NCBI GenBank assembly: GCA_018650645.1
Contig: JABIFP010000020.1
Coordinates: 8,385 to 72,384, forward strand
Origin: Candidatus Magasanikiibacteriota bacterium
Lineage (GTDB): Bacteria; Patescibacteriota; Patescibacteriia; Magasanikbacterales; UBA922
DNA: 64,000 nucleotides
Direction: 5' to 3'
Shown here piece after piece: positions 56,804 to 64,000 of the stretch. The notes below the pieces were generated by a model, which did not search any database, was not told where the DNA came from, and worked only from the letters and a program-made list of their open reading frames with translations. Numbering within the stretch: position 1 is the stretch's first letter; each line of letters begins with the position of its first letter. Both the position numbers and the translations under genes were made by a program.

Positions 56804-56922
56804 AGCTTTTGTTTAGCTAAATAACGGCGTACTATAACACAAAAAAGCCCTTTTGTCAAGGCTTTTCTGTGTGTTTTGTGTTGTTTTTTGGCTAGGTTGA
56901 GCTATTTCTATGAATAGGCTAA

Positions 56923-57471
56923 TTACTCAATTCGTACTCCATGCAGGAATACCATCAAGTTATCCCAATCGGATAGGTCCATATTCTCCCAACCTGGGAA
57001 AAAGAGGAATCGATGTCCCTTTTGTACTATATATATGTGTGAACTAACATATACATCATTCTCTGACGGATATGGAGAGAGATACGTATAGAGAACGTCA
57101 TAGATATTCTCTTCAATCATGGTAATTTCAATTTCTGCATCATTACTTCCATACCGCTGATCTACCGCCATTTCGATATTCTCGGCAATCTCATAATTGA
57201 TGGTCGTAAATGGAAAGAATTCGTTTGGAATCCCATTTGGCCCATGGATCAATGATGGCGTTGCCTTGAATTCATCTGGAATAAGGTATGAAATACCTTC
57301 CTGCTTAAAATTCTCTTGATGCCACCCTAGTGGGACTTCCCTATTTTTAATTTCTTCCTCTACTACTACAGTCCTTTCAGCCTGATACTGTGCAACACTT
57401 CCTTTTACATAATACCCCGCTCCAAATCCCACCAATACTGCCAAAAGCAGCAAGTATTTTTTACTCTTCAT
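56923..57471 (-). CDS. secreted or anchored hypothetical protein
   Basis: N-terminal hydrophobic anchor and an acidic beta-rich body. Confidence 0.45.
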   Translation of the reverse strand: MKSKKYLLLLAVLVGFGAGYYVKGSVAQYQAERTVVVEEEIKNREVPLGWHQENFKQEGISYLIPDEFKATPSLIHGPNGIPNEFFPFTTINYEIAENIEMAVDQRYGSNDAEIEITMIEENIYDVLYTYLSPYPSENDVYVSSHIYIVQKGHRFLFFPGWENMDLSDWDNLMVFLHGVRIE

Positions 57472-57544
57472 ATATTATAGTTATATAAGTTACATATACT
57501 TAATCCTATATGTGGTTTTTCGTCAAGCGGCTTAGTACATCCAC

Positions 57545-58615
57545 CTACAGCGAATTAGCCACTACCTCTGGCATCTGCTCCACCCGCTCCACCCAAAACG
57601 TCTCTCTACCCAAAATCTGCCCAAACGACGTCTCTACCTGTACTCGATACTTCCCTGCTCGCGGAGATCTATCAAAAGAATACCCGCGGAACCCTTCTTT
57701 TCTGCCTCCATATATAGGATACGTGATTTTCCCATCAGAAACCCAGCTATCAGTCTGCTCATTCCACCTATACCAATGATGCACAATATCTGCTGTCAGC
57801 TTCCCCGGCGCAACTATTGAGGTAAATACATATACTGGACCATTTTGCACATGCACAGTCTTTTTAAATGAAAGCTTCTGCATGAATGACTGCTTTTCTT
57901 CTTGGACGAGGTATGCATTCCCCTGCCGCTCGACGCTGTGATACACGCCGCTATGATATACAGAAAGCGGCACTGGAGGAATCGCATTAGCTAAATACAG
58001 CCCTCCCATACATAAAAATAATATTCCCATTATATACACGATCCCATACTGCACCTGCGCAACTCGCGGTGATCTGTTTCTGAGTAGCCAAATGATAAGC
58101 CACACAAATGCCATGGCGAGCGCACCCGAAACAAAAAACCATGCAGGGTGAATCGATCCAACAAAAAATGGTAGCGCAACTGCTAAACTTAAAAAAACTG
58201 CAATATAGAGTAATGGAAAATGAACAAGTGGCCAAACATACGCATGTGCCAATCGCTCGTTTGATACCATAAGCAGCACTACTAACAGTAACAGCGGCCA
58301 TGAAGCAGAAAGTGCGCTACTAAACGAGTAAAATATAAGTGCCCCACTCAGCAGTGCACCAAAACTAAATTGTAAAAAAAATGGAACCGCTCGTCTGAGC
58401 TTCCCTAGCCGTCCTTCTTCAGCAACCAAATGGATAATACTGATAGCGAGAACAACGATACCTACATGTGCTGTGAGCACCCAAAGTGCACTCGTTAACG
58501 ACACTGTGCGAAATGTAATGATATCAACAATAAACCCAAGCACAAGCATGGCCGGTAAATAATACCGCTCATTTTTTTTGTAATATGCTATGGATTTTTG
58601 GATGGCTTGTTTCAT
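57545..58615 (-). CDS. polytopic membrane protein with a C-terminal soluble beta-domain
   Basis: About 9 TM helices followed by a roughly 140-aa extracytoplasmic domain. No motif recognized. Confidence 0.45.
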   Translation of the reverse strand: MKQAIQKSIAYYKKNERYYLPAMLVLGFIVDIITFRTVSLTSALWVLTAHVGIVVLAISIIHLVAEEGRLGKLRRAVPFFLQFSFGALLSGALIFYSFSSALSASWPLLLLVVLLMVSNERLAHAYVWPLVHFPLLYIAVFLSLAVALPFFVGSIHPAWFFVSGALAMAFVWLIIWLLRNRSPRVAQVQYGIVYIMGILFLCMGGLYLANAIPPVPLSVYHSGVYHSVERQGNAYLVQEEKQSFMQKLSFKKTVHVQNGPVYVFTSIVAPGKLTADIVHHWYRWNEQTDSWVSDGKITYPIYGGRKEGFRGYSFDRSPRAGKYRVQVETSFGQILGRETFWVERVEQMPEVVANSL

Positions 58616-58711
58616 GTATCTATAATAGCATAAAATGAATATTTATTTCTTACCCTTGACATGAGCACTTTTTTTTGGTACATTCTTTTGTCCGCACTAG
58701 AGCGGGCAAGG

Positions 58712-58866
58712 AGAATGCTGATGGGTATCCGATACCCGATGTGTAAGTTCTGTTTTAGCACCACCGGCAAGCATGCGGACGATTGTCCCTTGAAGCAACG
58801 GAAGCCGTCGATCTCTCTGATCCTGACGGTTGGTGCCATTAGTCTTGTCGTGATCAAGCTCGCATA
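58712..58866 (+). CDS. candidate 50-aa zinc-ribbon plus single-TM mini-protein in a GC-rich islet
   Basis: AAGGAG Shine-Dalgarno sequence, ATG, CxxC...HxxxC N-terminus, then a C-terminal TM helix, followed by a strong terminator. Confidence 0.25.
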
Positions 58867-58932
58867 GCGCTAGCTGACACGCACCTTGCACAACTCCGTA
58901 GCCGACTGCGAACACCGCGGTCGGCATTGATT

Positions 58933-58966
58933 AAAAGCACACCAGTTTCCTGGTGTGCTTTTATTT
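58933..58966. terminator. intrinsic terminator hairpin (AGCACACCAG tttc CTGGTGTGCT) with flanking A/T runs
   Basis: Perfect 10-bp stem. Part of the duplicated block next to tRNA-Thr. Confidence 0.6.
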
Positions 58967-58984
58967 GAGCCATCATCGGGAATT

Positions 58985-59131
58985 TCACGTCGGCTTTTCA
59001 GCCTCTCCAATGGGGCTTCCGCCCCCTATGGCGCTCAACTCTTCGGTTTCACTGTTACCCCCACAGCAAAAGTGGGAAACTATCGTTTCCCAAACCCTTC
59101 CCGCTTCAATCTCTTGCAGTAGAGCAAAATC
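58985..59131 (-). pseudogene. degenerate tRNA-Thr-like duplicate (pseudo-tRNA) sharing the terminal 19 nt of tRNA-Thr(GGT)
   Basis: The reverse complement retains GGCTG, CCCGATGATGGCTCA and GCGCCATA acceptor-like pieces, but the D and T stems are disrupted. It is flanked by the 54-bp duplicated block (58931-58984 and 59132-59184). Confidence 0.35.
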
Positions 59132-59167
59132 ATAAAAGCACACTTCTCGTGTGCCTTTATGATTTTG

Positions 59168-59240
59168 AGCCATCATCGGGAATTGAACCCGAGACCTCAG
59201 CCTTACCATGGCTGCGCTCTACCAACTGAGCTATGATGGC
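59168..59240 (-). tRNA. tRNA-Thr (anticodon GGT)
   Basis: Reverse complement GCCATCA-TA-GCTCAGTTGGTAGAGC-G-CAGCC-ATGGTAA-GGCTG-AGGTC-TCGGGTTCAATTCCCGA-TGATGGC-T forms a canonical cloverleaf. Confidence 0.85.
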
Positions 59241-59284
59241 TTGATGTGCCAGCAGTATACACGGCACAAGCTCACTCGTCAATG

Positions 59285-60358
59285 CTACCCCTTCTGCATT
59301 TTCACAACCTGCGTTGGGTATGCAAACTCGATTCCTTTTTTCTTTAACGCCTCATGCAGCTCCATATGAATGTGCTGCCTAATATCCATGTACACGCCAT
59401 AATCTGCCTTTTCTACATGATACACCACCTCAAAGTTTAAGCTTGATTCTCCGTACTCAAAGAAGTGAGCACGGCCAAAAGTTGCCCCTTTTGTTTTATC
59501 AATAATCACCTTTATCATTTCTGGTACTGCAGCAATTTTTGCTTTTGATGTTTCGTATATGATTCCAAAAGTAAATACATCACGTCGACGTTTCATTTTT
59601 TTGTAATTCTGCACAGTAGAAGACGTCAGTTCTCTATTTGGAATAATCAATTCTGATCCCTTTAGTGTTTGCAATCGACTCGTTTTCAGTCCAATATGCT
59701 GTACGGTTCCAGAATTTTCTCCCACAATAATAAAGTCACCAACTTGAAACGGTTTATCAATCAAGAGTGAAAACGAACTAAACAAATCGCCCAAAATATT
59801 TTGAAGCGCAAGCGCAATAGCAATACCACCTATCCCTAAGCTTGCAATAAGTGAGGTAACATTAAAGCCACTGTTTGAAAGAATCAGCAGAATTGCCATA
59901 CCCCAAAGAGCTGCAGAAATAACAACGCGAACAAATCGCAGCATGGTCCCAATTTGTGCAGCCTGCTCCTTATTTTTTTCTTGCTTCTGATGCAGGTACT
60001 GTTCTAGCGCTGCAACGAAAAAAGCATTAATGGCACGTATAATTCCATATGCAATACCTATATACGCAAACCCTTCTAACGTTCGCTCTATCCAGTGCAC
60101 AAGGGCAAGCGGTCTCATTGCTACAAGTATTGCCACACCCAAATAAAACAGTGAACTAAGCTGCCCTATCGCAGTAATAGCCATATCGTCTATATGCGTT
60201 TTTGTATGCGATGCCATTTTATGAATTCTTCCAATGACCACTTTCTTTACAATATGCACCAATAGTAGAACAATACAGAACAATCCGATTGCCTTAGCAT
60301 ATGTAAGAACATCATTACCCCAATACGTATCTGATATGAAAAATGGAGCCTGCCACAT
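59285..60358 (-). CDS. MscS-family mechanosensitive channel
   Basis: Three N-terminal TM helices and the conserved MscS beta-domain (GDFIIVGENSGTVQHIGLKTSRLQT). Confidence 0.8.
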   Translation of the reverse strand: MWQAPFFISDTYWGNDVLTYAKAIGLFCIVLLLVHIVKKVVIGRIHKMASHTKTHIDDMAITAIGQLSSLFYLGVAILVAMRPLALVHWIERTLEGFAYIGIAYGIIRAINAFFVAALEQYLHQKQEKNKEQAAQIGTMLRFVRVVISAALWGMAILLILSNSGFNVTSLIASLGIGGIAIALALQNILGDLFSSFSLLIDKPFQVGDFIIVGENSGTVQHIGLKTSRLQTLKGSELIIPNRELTSSTVQNYKKMKRRRDVFTFGIIYETSKAKIAAVPEMIKVIIDKTKGATFGRAHFFEYGESSLNFEVVYHVEKADYGVYMDIRQHIHMELHEALKKKGIEFAYPTQVVKMQKG

Positions 60359-60479
60359 AATGGATATTTGTTATGATTATGCGAAAATTATACCACAAGC
60401 AAGCAAGGTTTGATATCATTTGCGCCTGTACATATTGCTGTTATACTCAAGAGAGACAACTATTCATTATATACAGGCT

Positions 60480-60935
60480 ATGCAACTCACCGGAAAAAAG
60501 GCACCTGCACTTACATTGCAAGATCAAGATGGCGTTTCTATCTCATTAGCCGATTATTTAGGCAAAAAAGTACTTCTCTATTTTTACCCAAAAGATGACA
60601 CTCCAGGCTGCACAAAAGAAGCCTGTAATTTTAGAGATCGATTAAATGAATTACAACAGCACGGTGTACAAGTACTTGGCGTCAGTAAAGATTCAGTCAC
60701 ATCGCATAAAGCTTTTGCAGACAAATTTCAGTTAAATTTCCCGCTTCTTTCTGACGAATCAACTGATACGATTCAAGCGTATGGTGTATGGAAGGAAAAA
60801 TCGATGTTTGGAAAAACGTATATGGGTATTTCACGCGATTCTTTTTTGATTGATGAAACTGGTGTCGTGCAAAAACACTATCATAAAGTAAAACCTGCAA
60901 AGCATGTAGATGAGGTTATAAAAGACCTTACCTAA
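60480..60935 (+). CDS. bcp: peroxiredoxin Bcp (thiol peroxidase)
   Basis: FYPKDDTPGCTKEAC peroxidatic Cys motif. The start is set at ATG 60480; the ORF track begins at an upstream TTG. Confidence 0.85.
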   Translation: MQLTGKKAPALTLQDQDGVSISLADYLGKKVLLYFYPKDDTPGCTKEACNFRDRLNELQQHGVQVLGVSKDSVTSHKAFADKFQLNFPLLSDESTDTIQAYGVWKEKSMFGKTYMGISRDSFLIDETGVVQKHYHKVKPAKHVDEVIKDLT

Positions 60936-61008
60936 ATAAAAGAAGACACAACCGAAATGTGTCTTCTTTTATTTCCTCCTTTTTACGTTAATTTGCTCGG
61001 ACAGATCA

Positions 61009-61347
61009 CTAGTGCAGCATCCTCTGAACTGTCCTGATAATCTGCCAGCCCTGCGGCTCATTGAAGAGCGCACCTTGCGGATACTCCTCCGCCATGTACA
61101 TCTGGTATAGCGCGCGCTCCAGCGCACTGCGCGAGTCTTCATCACTAACCCACGAAACGACCTGCTCCCTGTTCAAAAAGCTATCGTCGATGATGGCGTG
61201 GCAACCGATCAACCTATCCATCCAAGTTGGAAGCCCTCGCCGCTGACAAGGCACAAACGGCCGTGTCCAGAGCTCGATACGAAACAACTCCCCATTATCG
61301 AGGTCGCCTTCATGCGGTACATACGCGAGTACGAATGCTGCCGCCAT
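61009..61347 (-). CDS. hypothetical protein in a GC-rich islet
   Basis: GGGAGGG Shine-Dalgarno sequence and ATG, preceded by TTGACG, a 17-bp spacer and TAATAT. No known motif. Confidence 0.4.
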   Translation of the reverse strand: MAAAFVLAYVPHEGDLDNGELFRIELWTRPFVPCQRRGLPTWMDRLIGCHAIIDDSFLNREQVVSWVSDEDSRSALERALYQMYMAEEYPQGALFNEPQGWQIIRTVQRMLH

Positions 61348-61404
61348 GTTCCCTCCCTTCATTTCTACATTAGGTATATTACCTTTTTTTTCTTGTTCGT
61401 CAAG

Positions 61405-63231
61405 CTACTTTGAGTCTATATACGTATTTTTAAGAGCATGCGGCCCAACAACATACAGCTCATTCATAGCACGAGTAAGCGCTACATAGAGCATATCCTT
61501 TACCGTCCGCTTTTTTTCCTCCCGCATTTCTTCCGAATACTCGCTCCCAAAGTTTGATAGTAGTTCATGCGTCACGCCAACCAAACATACCGCCTCAAAC
61601 TCCACACCCTGCGCCTCATGAATACTCATAATATGCACATGCTCGCCAGCATTTAGCAGGAGTTTATATATGTTCGCAATGTCCTCTGTAAGGGCTAATA
61701 CGCCGATTCTTCCGGTAGATTCATCAATAATTTGCTGCACCTTGCTGACCTGTGCAGCTACTTCCTCTAAAACAAATTCCTGTACAGGCACCCCTTCTCT
61801 CATCTGCTCTGGAATTGAAACCGTATACCCAGCGTCCTCAATATAGCGCATTATTGCTTTTGTATTTCGGTATACTTTTTGCAGTGCTACCACTCTATCT
61901 TCTTTCACGTCCTCTCTTGCCTCACTCCACTCCCGAATAGTTCCAATTTGTGTTTGCTGCGCCATATCACCGACATACATCACCGCATTATGTTCTGGAT
62001 CAAGCACCGATTTTGCCAAAGCGATCTGCTCTGGTAGGTAATTTTGAAACTCGTCAAAAATGAGCAACGAATATTTCATGGCGAATCGTCCCATCTTTTT
62101 TACTGCAGATCCATCTTTTTGTGTTTTATAATATTCTTGCATGATGGTTAACGCGCCTTCATGCTTTTTTTGTAATATAAGCAATACCGTAATATCAAAT
62201 CGATCTAATTGGTGGAGCTGCTCCTGATCTGTAAGTGCATCAAGTACCTCCTGACCAGCTGTTGCATACACTTGCCGCAGTGCTTCATATGGTTTTTTGT
62301 GCCACGCGAAATTGCGAATCTGCTTGAGTGCCTCTCGTTTTGCAAATTCAATGTTATCTTTTTGCACCTGCGATTTCCCTACTCTATATACAAGTTTGGA
62401 ATCAAGTTCCAGCACTCGCATTGCCCACTGTGCAAACGTCGTAATTTTCACTCCTTTAATCCCAAGTTCAGGAAGTAAATGCGAAAAGTACTCGCGGGTC
62501 CCCTCGTCTTGTACAAACACCAAAATTGACGTTGGTGGGAACTTATCAGACACATCCGGTGATTGGGTCAAATACGCTACTCTATGCAACGCTAGGGTCG
62601 TTTTTCCTGATCCAGCAGGACCCGAAATAACCAGAGGCCCCCTATGATTCGCCCTAATCACCTCGTCTTGTGCTTTTTCCATTTGCGCCACAATTTCTGG
62701 CAAGATGAAGCCTTTCTTCTGATTTGAAAAATATTCTTGATAAATAAGTTGCCTTCCCTCCTGCTCCGATTCCGAAGATAAGAAACGAATAGTAGCCTCC
62801 GTAATCATGTACTGATCCTTCTTCTGCAAATTTCCTGTACGCCTGTCCCCATTCGGTCGCTCATATGAAACTGATCCAGGCTTTTCAAATCGAATTGCTG
62901 ATGCCGGGGTAATCCAAGAATAGATATTATGATCTACAGATGAAAACTTTCCAAAATACATATTGTCATGTTCACCACTTCCAAAATCTACCTGGCAATG
63001 CATAAAATATGGTGACTCTATCATCACCTCTAATTCATTCTGCCGTGCCTTTCCATGTTCAAGTAATTTATGCTGAACAATTTTATTGTCTTCATTGAGT
63101 TTTGGAAGGTCTTCTGCCATCTGTATATTTTGTACAGATAGTTTGGTAAATCGATCAGTGATCGAATCTACCTTTTCTTGCAGGTGCTTTGCGGCCGCTG
63201 CAAACAGTGTGTCTTTTTGTGCTTGATTCAT
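61405..63231 (-). CDS. UvrD/Rep-family (HelD-like) superfamily-1 DNA helicase
   Basis: Walker A GPAGSGKTT, DEFQN motif II and a C-terminal VKGLEFEAVCLVG-type UvrD C-domain motif. Confidence 0.7.
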   Translation of the reverse strand: MNQAQKDTLFAAAAKHLQEKVDSITDRFTKLSVQNIQMAEDLPKLNEDNKIVQHKLLEHGKARQNELEVMIESPYFMHCQVDFGSGEHDNMYFGKFSSVDHNIYSWITPASAIRFEKPGSVSYERPNGDRRTGNLQKKDQYMITEATIRFLSSESEQEGRQLIYQEYFSNQKKGFILPEIVAQMEKAQDEVIRANHRGPLVISGPAGSGKTTLALHRVAYLTQSPDVSDKFPPTSILVFVQDEGTREYFSHLLPELGIKGVKITTFAQWAMRVLELDSKLVYRVGKSQVQKDNIEFAKREALKQIRNFAWHKKPYEALRQVYATAGQEVLDALTDQEQLHQLDRFDITVLLILQKKHEGALTIMQEYYKTQKDGSAVKKMGRFAMKYSLLIFDEFQNYLPEQIALAKSVLDPEHNAVMYVGDMAQQTQIGTIREWSEAREDVKEDRVVALQKVYRNTKAIMRYIEDAGYTVSIPEQMREGVPVQEFVLEEVAAQVSKVQQIIDESTGRIGVLALTEDIANIYKLLLNAGEHVHIMSIHEAQGVEFEAVCLVGVTHELLSNFGSEYSEEMREEKKRTVKDMLYVALTRAMNELYVVGPHALKNTYIDSK

Positions 63232-63245
63232 ACAAACGAGTTAAT

Positions 63246-63305
63246 AAAAAAAACTCCTGAATCATTGGTATGTGTAATAGATACACTCCACCTGTGATTC
63301 AGGAG
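63246..63305 (-). terminator. long-loop hairpin (CTCCTGAATCA ... TGATTCAGGAG) followed on the minus strand by T7, probably terminating the tRNA cluster
   Basis: An 11-bp perfect stem with a 30-nt loop, and a T-run on the minus strand toward helD. Confidence 0.4.
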
Positions 63306-63353
63306 TCTTGCATGACGCGCGCTGTGGAGAAAGCTAATTGTGGGCCGGGGAGG

Positions 63354-63517
63354 CGCTTCGCTATTCGAACGCGCGCTTGCAGCGCTTTGGGAAACTTTCC
63401 AGTTTCCCAACCTTCCACCGCATGTAAGGGGCGCTGCCCCTTACCATCCCGGGTTCGAATCTGATTCAATGGCTGCTATTCTATTCAACAACTGATGCAA
63501 ATTCATCTTTTTCTATT
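63354..63517 (-). pseudogene. degenerate tRNA-Tyr-like duplicate sharing the terminal 16 nt of tRNA-Tyr
   Basis: TTGTGGGCCGGGGAGG at 63338-63353 repeats 63518-63533. The internal ATTCGAAC T-loop remnant is retained, but the stems have decayed. It contains GGGAAAC...GTTTCCC and GTAAGGGGC...GCCCCTTAC hairpins. Confidence 0.35.
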
Positions 63518-63520
63518 TTG

Positions 63521-63602
63521 TGGGCCGGGGAGGATTCGAACCTCCGAAGGCTGAGCCAGTGGATTTACAGTCCACCCCATTTGACCGCTCTGGAACCGAC
63601 CC
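63521..63602 (-). tRNA. tRNA-Tyr (anticodon GTA), long variable arm
   Basis: Reverse complement GGGTCGG-TT-CCAGAGCGGTCAAATGG-G-GTGGA-CTGTAAA-TCCAC-TGGCTCAGCCTTCGG-AGG-TTCGAAT-CCTCC-CCGGCCC-A is very similar in architecture to E. coli tRNA-Tyr. Confidence 0.85.
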
Positions 63603-63632
63603 TTCGTTAAAATGTTGCCGGAGCGAACATCT

Positions 63633-63708
63633 TGGAGCCATCTGCGAGATTCGAACTCGCGACCGACGGTTTACAAAACCGTTGCTCTACCAGCTGAGCT
63701 AAGATGGC
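63633..63708 (-). tRNA. tRNA-Thr (anticodon TGT), CCA encoded
   Basis: Reverse complement GCCATCT-TA-GCTCAGCTGGTAGAGC-A-ACGGT-TTTGTAA-ACCGT-CGGTC-GCGAGTTCGAATCTCGC-AGATGGC-T-CCA. Confidence 0.85.
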
Positions 63709-63720
63709 GTATTGGCGTAA

Positions 63721-64000
63721 TTACGCCAGTTCATCAATTCTTTGTTTGAAAGCAGGTAGCTTTGCATTATCGGGATTCACCATCCGTAGATTGGCAAATG
63801 TCTCTTCTGCGAGCTCCTTGCTGGACACCATTATAGCAAGATCTAAAAGATTGTCAAGATATTTTGTATTTTTAGGTTCAAGCTGAACTGCCTGGGTAGC
63901 AGCCTCTAAAGCAGAGTCGTTTTCCCCAGCTTCTTTAAGCAAATATGCCAATTTATCAAATCGCTGTGGAAGCATATCTGAAATCAGAACTGCTTGCTGC
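63721..64000 (-). CDS. TPR-repeat protein, C-terminal part; gene continues past the window end
   Basis: TPR-like helical repeats (AATQAVQLEPKNTKYLDNL...). The ORF is open at the window edge. Confidence 0.5.
   Translation of the reverse strand, partial: QQAVLISDMLPQRFDKLAYLLKEAGENDSALEAATQAVQLEPKNTKYLDNLLDLAIMVSSKELAEETFANLRMVNPDNAKLPAFKQRIDELA

Noticed and set aside
58966-63533. Large integrated mobile elements at the tRNA-Thr and tRNA-Tyr loci
   Set aside because: The duplicated tRNA 3' ends are only about 150-180 bp from the tRNAs and enclose no genes or integrase. At most they are scars or small repeat elements, not intact islands.
1-64000. CRISPR arrays, rRNA genes, transposases/IS elements, integrases
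   Set aside because: No regularly spaced short direct repeats, no rRNA-like conserved blocks, and no ORF with a transposase or integrase (DDE, tyrosine or serine recombinase) motif were seen.

Overview
This window is a 64-kb stretch of a low-GC (about 40%), gene-dense bacterial chromosome with short intergenic regions. Its streamlined gene forms (short ATP-synthase delta, UvrC without the HhH tail, riboflavin kinase only) would fit a reduced-genome lineage such as the CPR/Patescibacteria, but the lineage cannot be proven from sequence alone.

Core content, in order along the window:
- An F-type ATP synthase operon on the minus strand (atpI-like, atpB, atpE, atpF, atpH, and atpA running off the window start).
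- cca, uppP, pyrG, rplI, era, a CDP-alcohol phosphatidyltransferase, cysS followed by a NUDIX gene, and a riboflavin cluster (ribH, ribE, riboflavin kinase).
- An S41 protease, murA, leuS, gdh, trxA, infB, ppa, truB, a truncated uvrC, typA, mscL, a copper-homeostasis cluster (Met-rich protein, CopA, HMA-membrane fusion), an MscS channel, bcp and a HelD-like helicase.
- RNA genes: tRNA-Val(TAC), tRNA-Thr(GGT), tRNA-Tyr(GTA) and tRNA-Thr(TGT).

Observations worth a second look:
- LeuRS is 1125 aa and carries two inserted enzymatic domains, a NUDIX hydrolase domain and a PF06821-type alpha/beta serine hydrolase domain. A free NUDIX gene also abuts cysS.
- At least eight discrete GC-rich islets (about 55-60% GC) each carry one small gene (REC-only response regulator, SixA-like histidine phosphatase, CSD-like protein, NhaA, two zinc-finger mini-proteins, two unknowns). 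Most have near-consensus TTGACA/TTGACT/TTGACG promoters, and several have terminator-like hairpins.
- A 3.1-kb module encoding a 916-aa charged coiled-coil protein sits between two roughly 67-bp direct repeats of the uvrC 3' end.
- Two tRNA genes (Thr-GGT, Tyr-GTA) are each followed by a decayed tRNA-like duplicate. Each duplicate shares the exact tRNA 3' end, and the two also share an internal motif.
- A GC-rich, ORF-poor segment with a GNRA hairpin downstream of ribH may be a structured RNA.

No CRISPR array, rRNA, integrase or transposase was seen.
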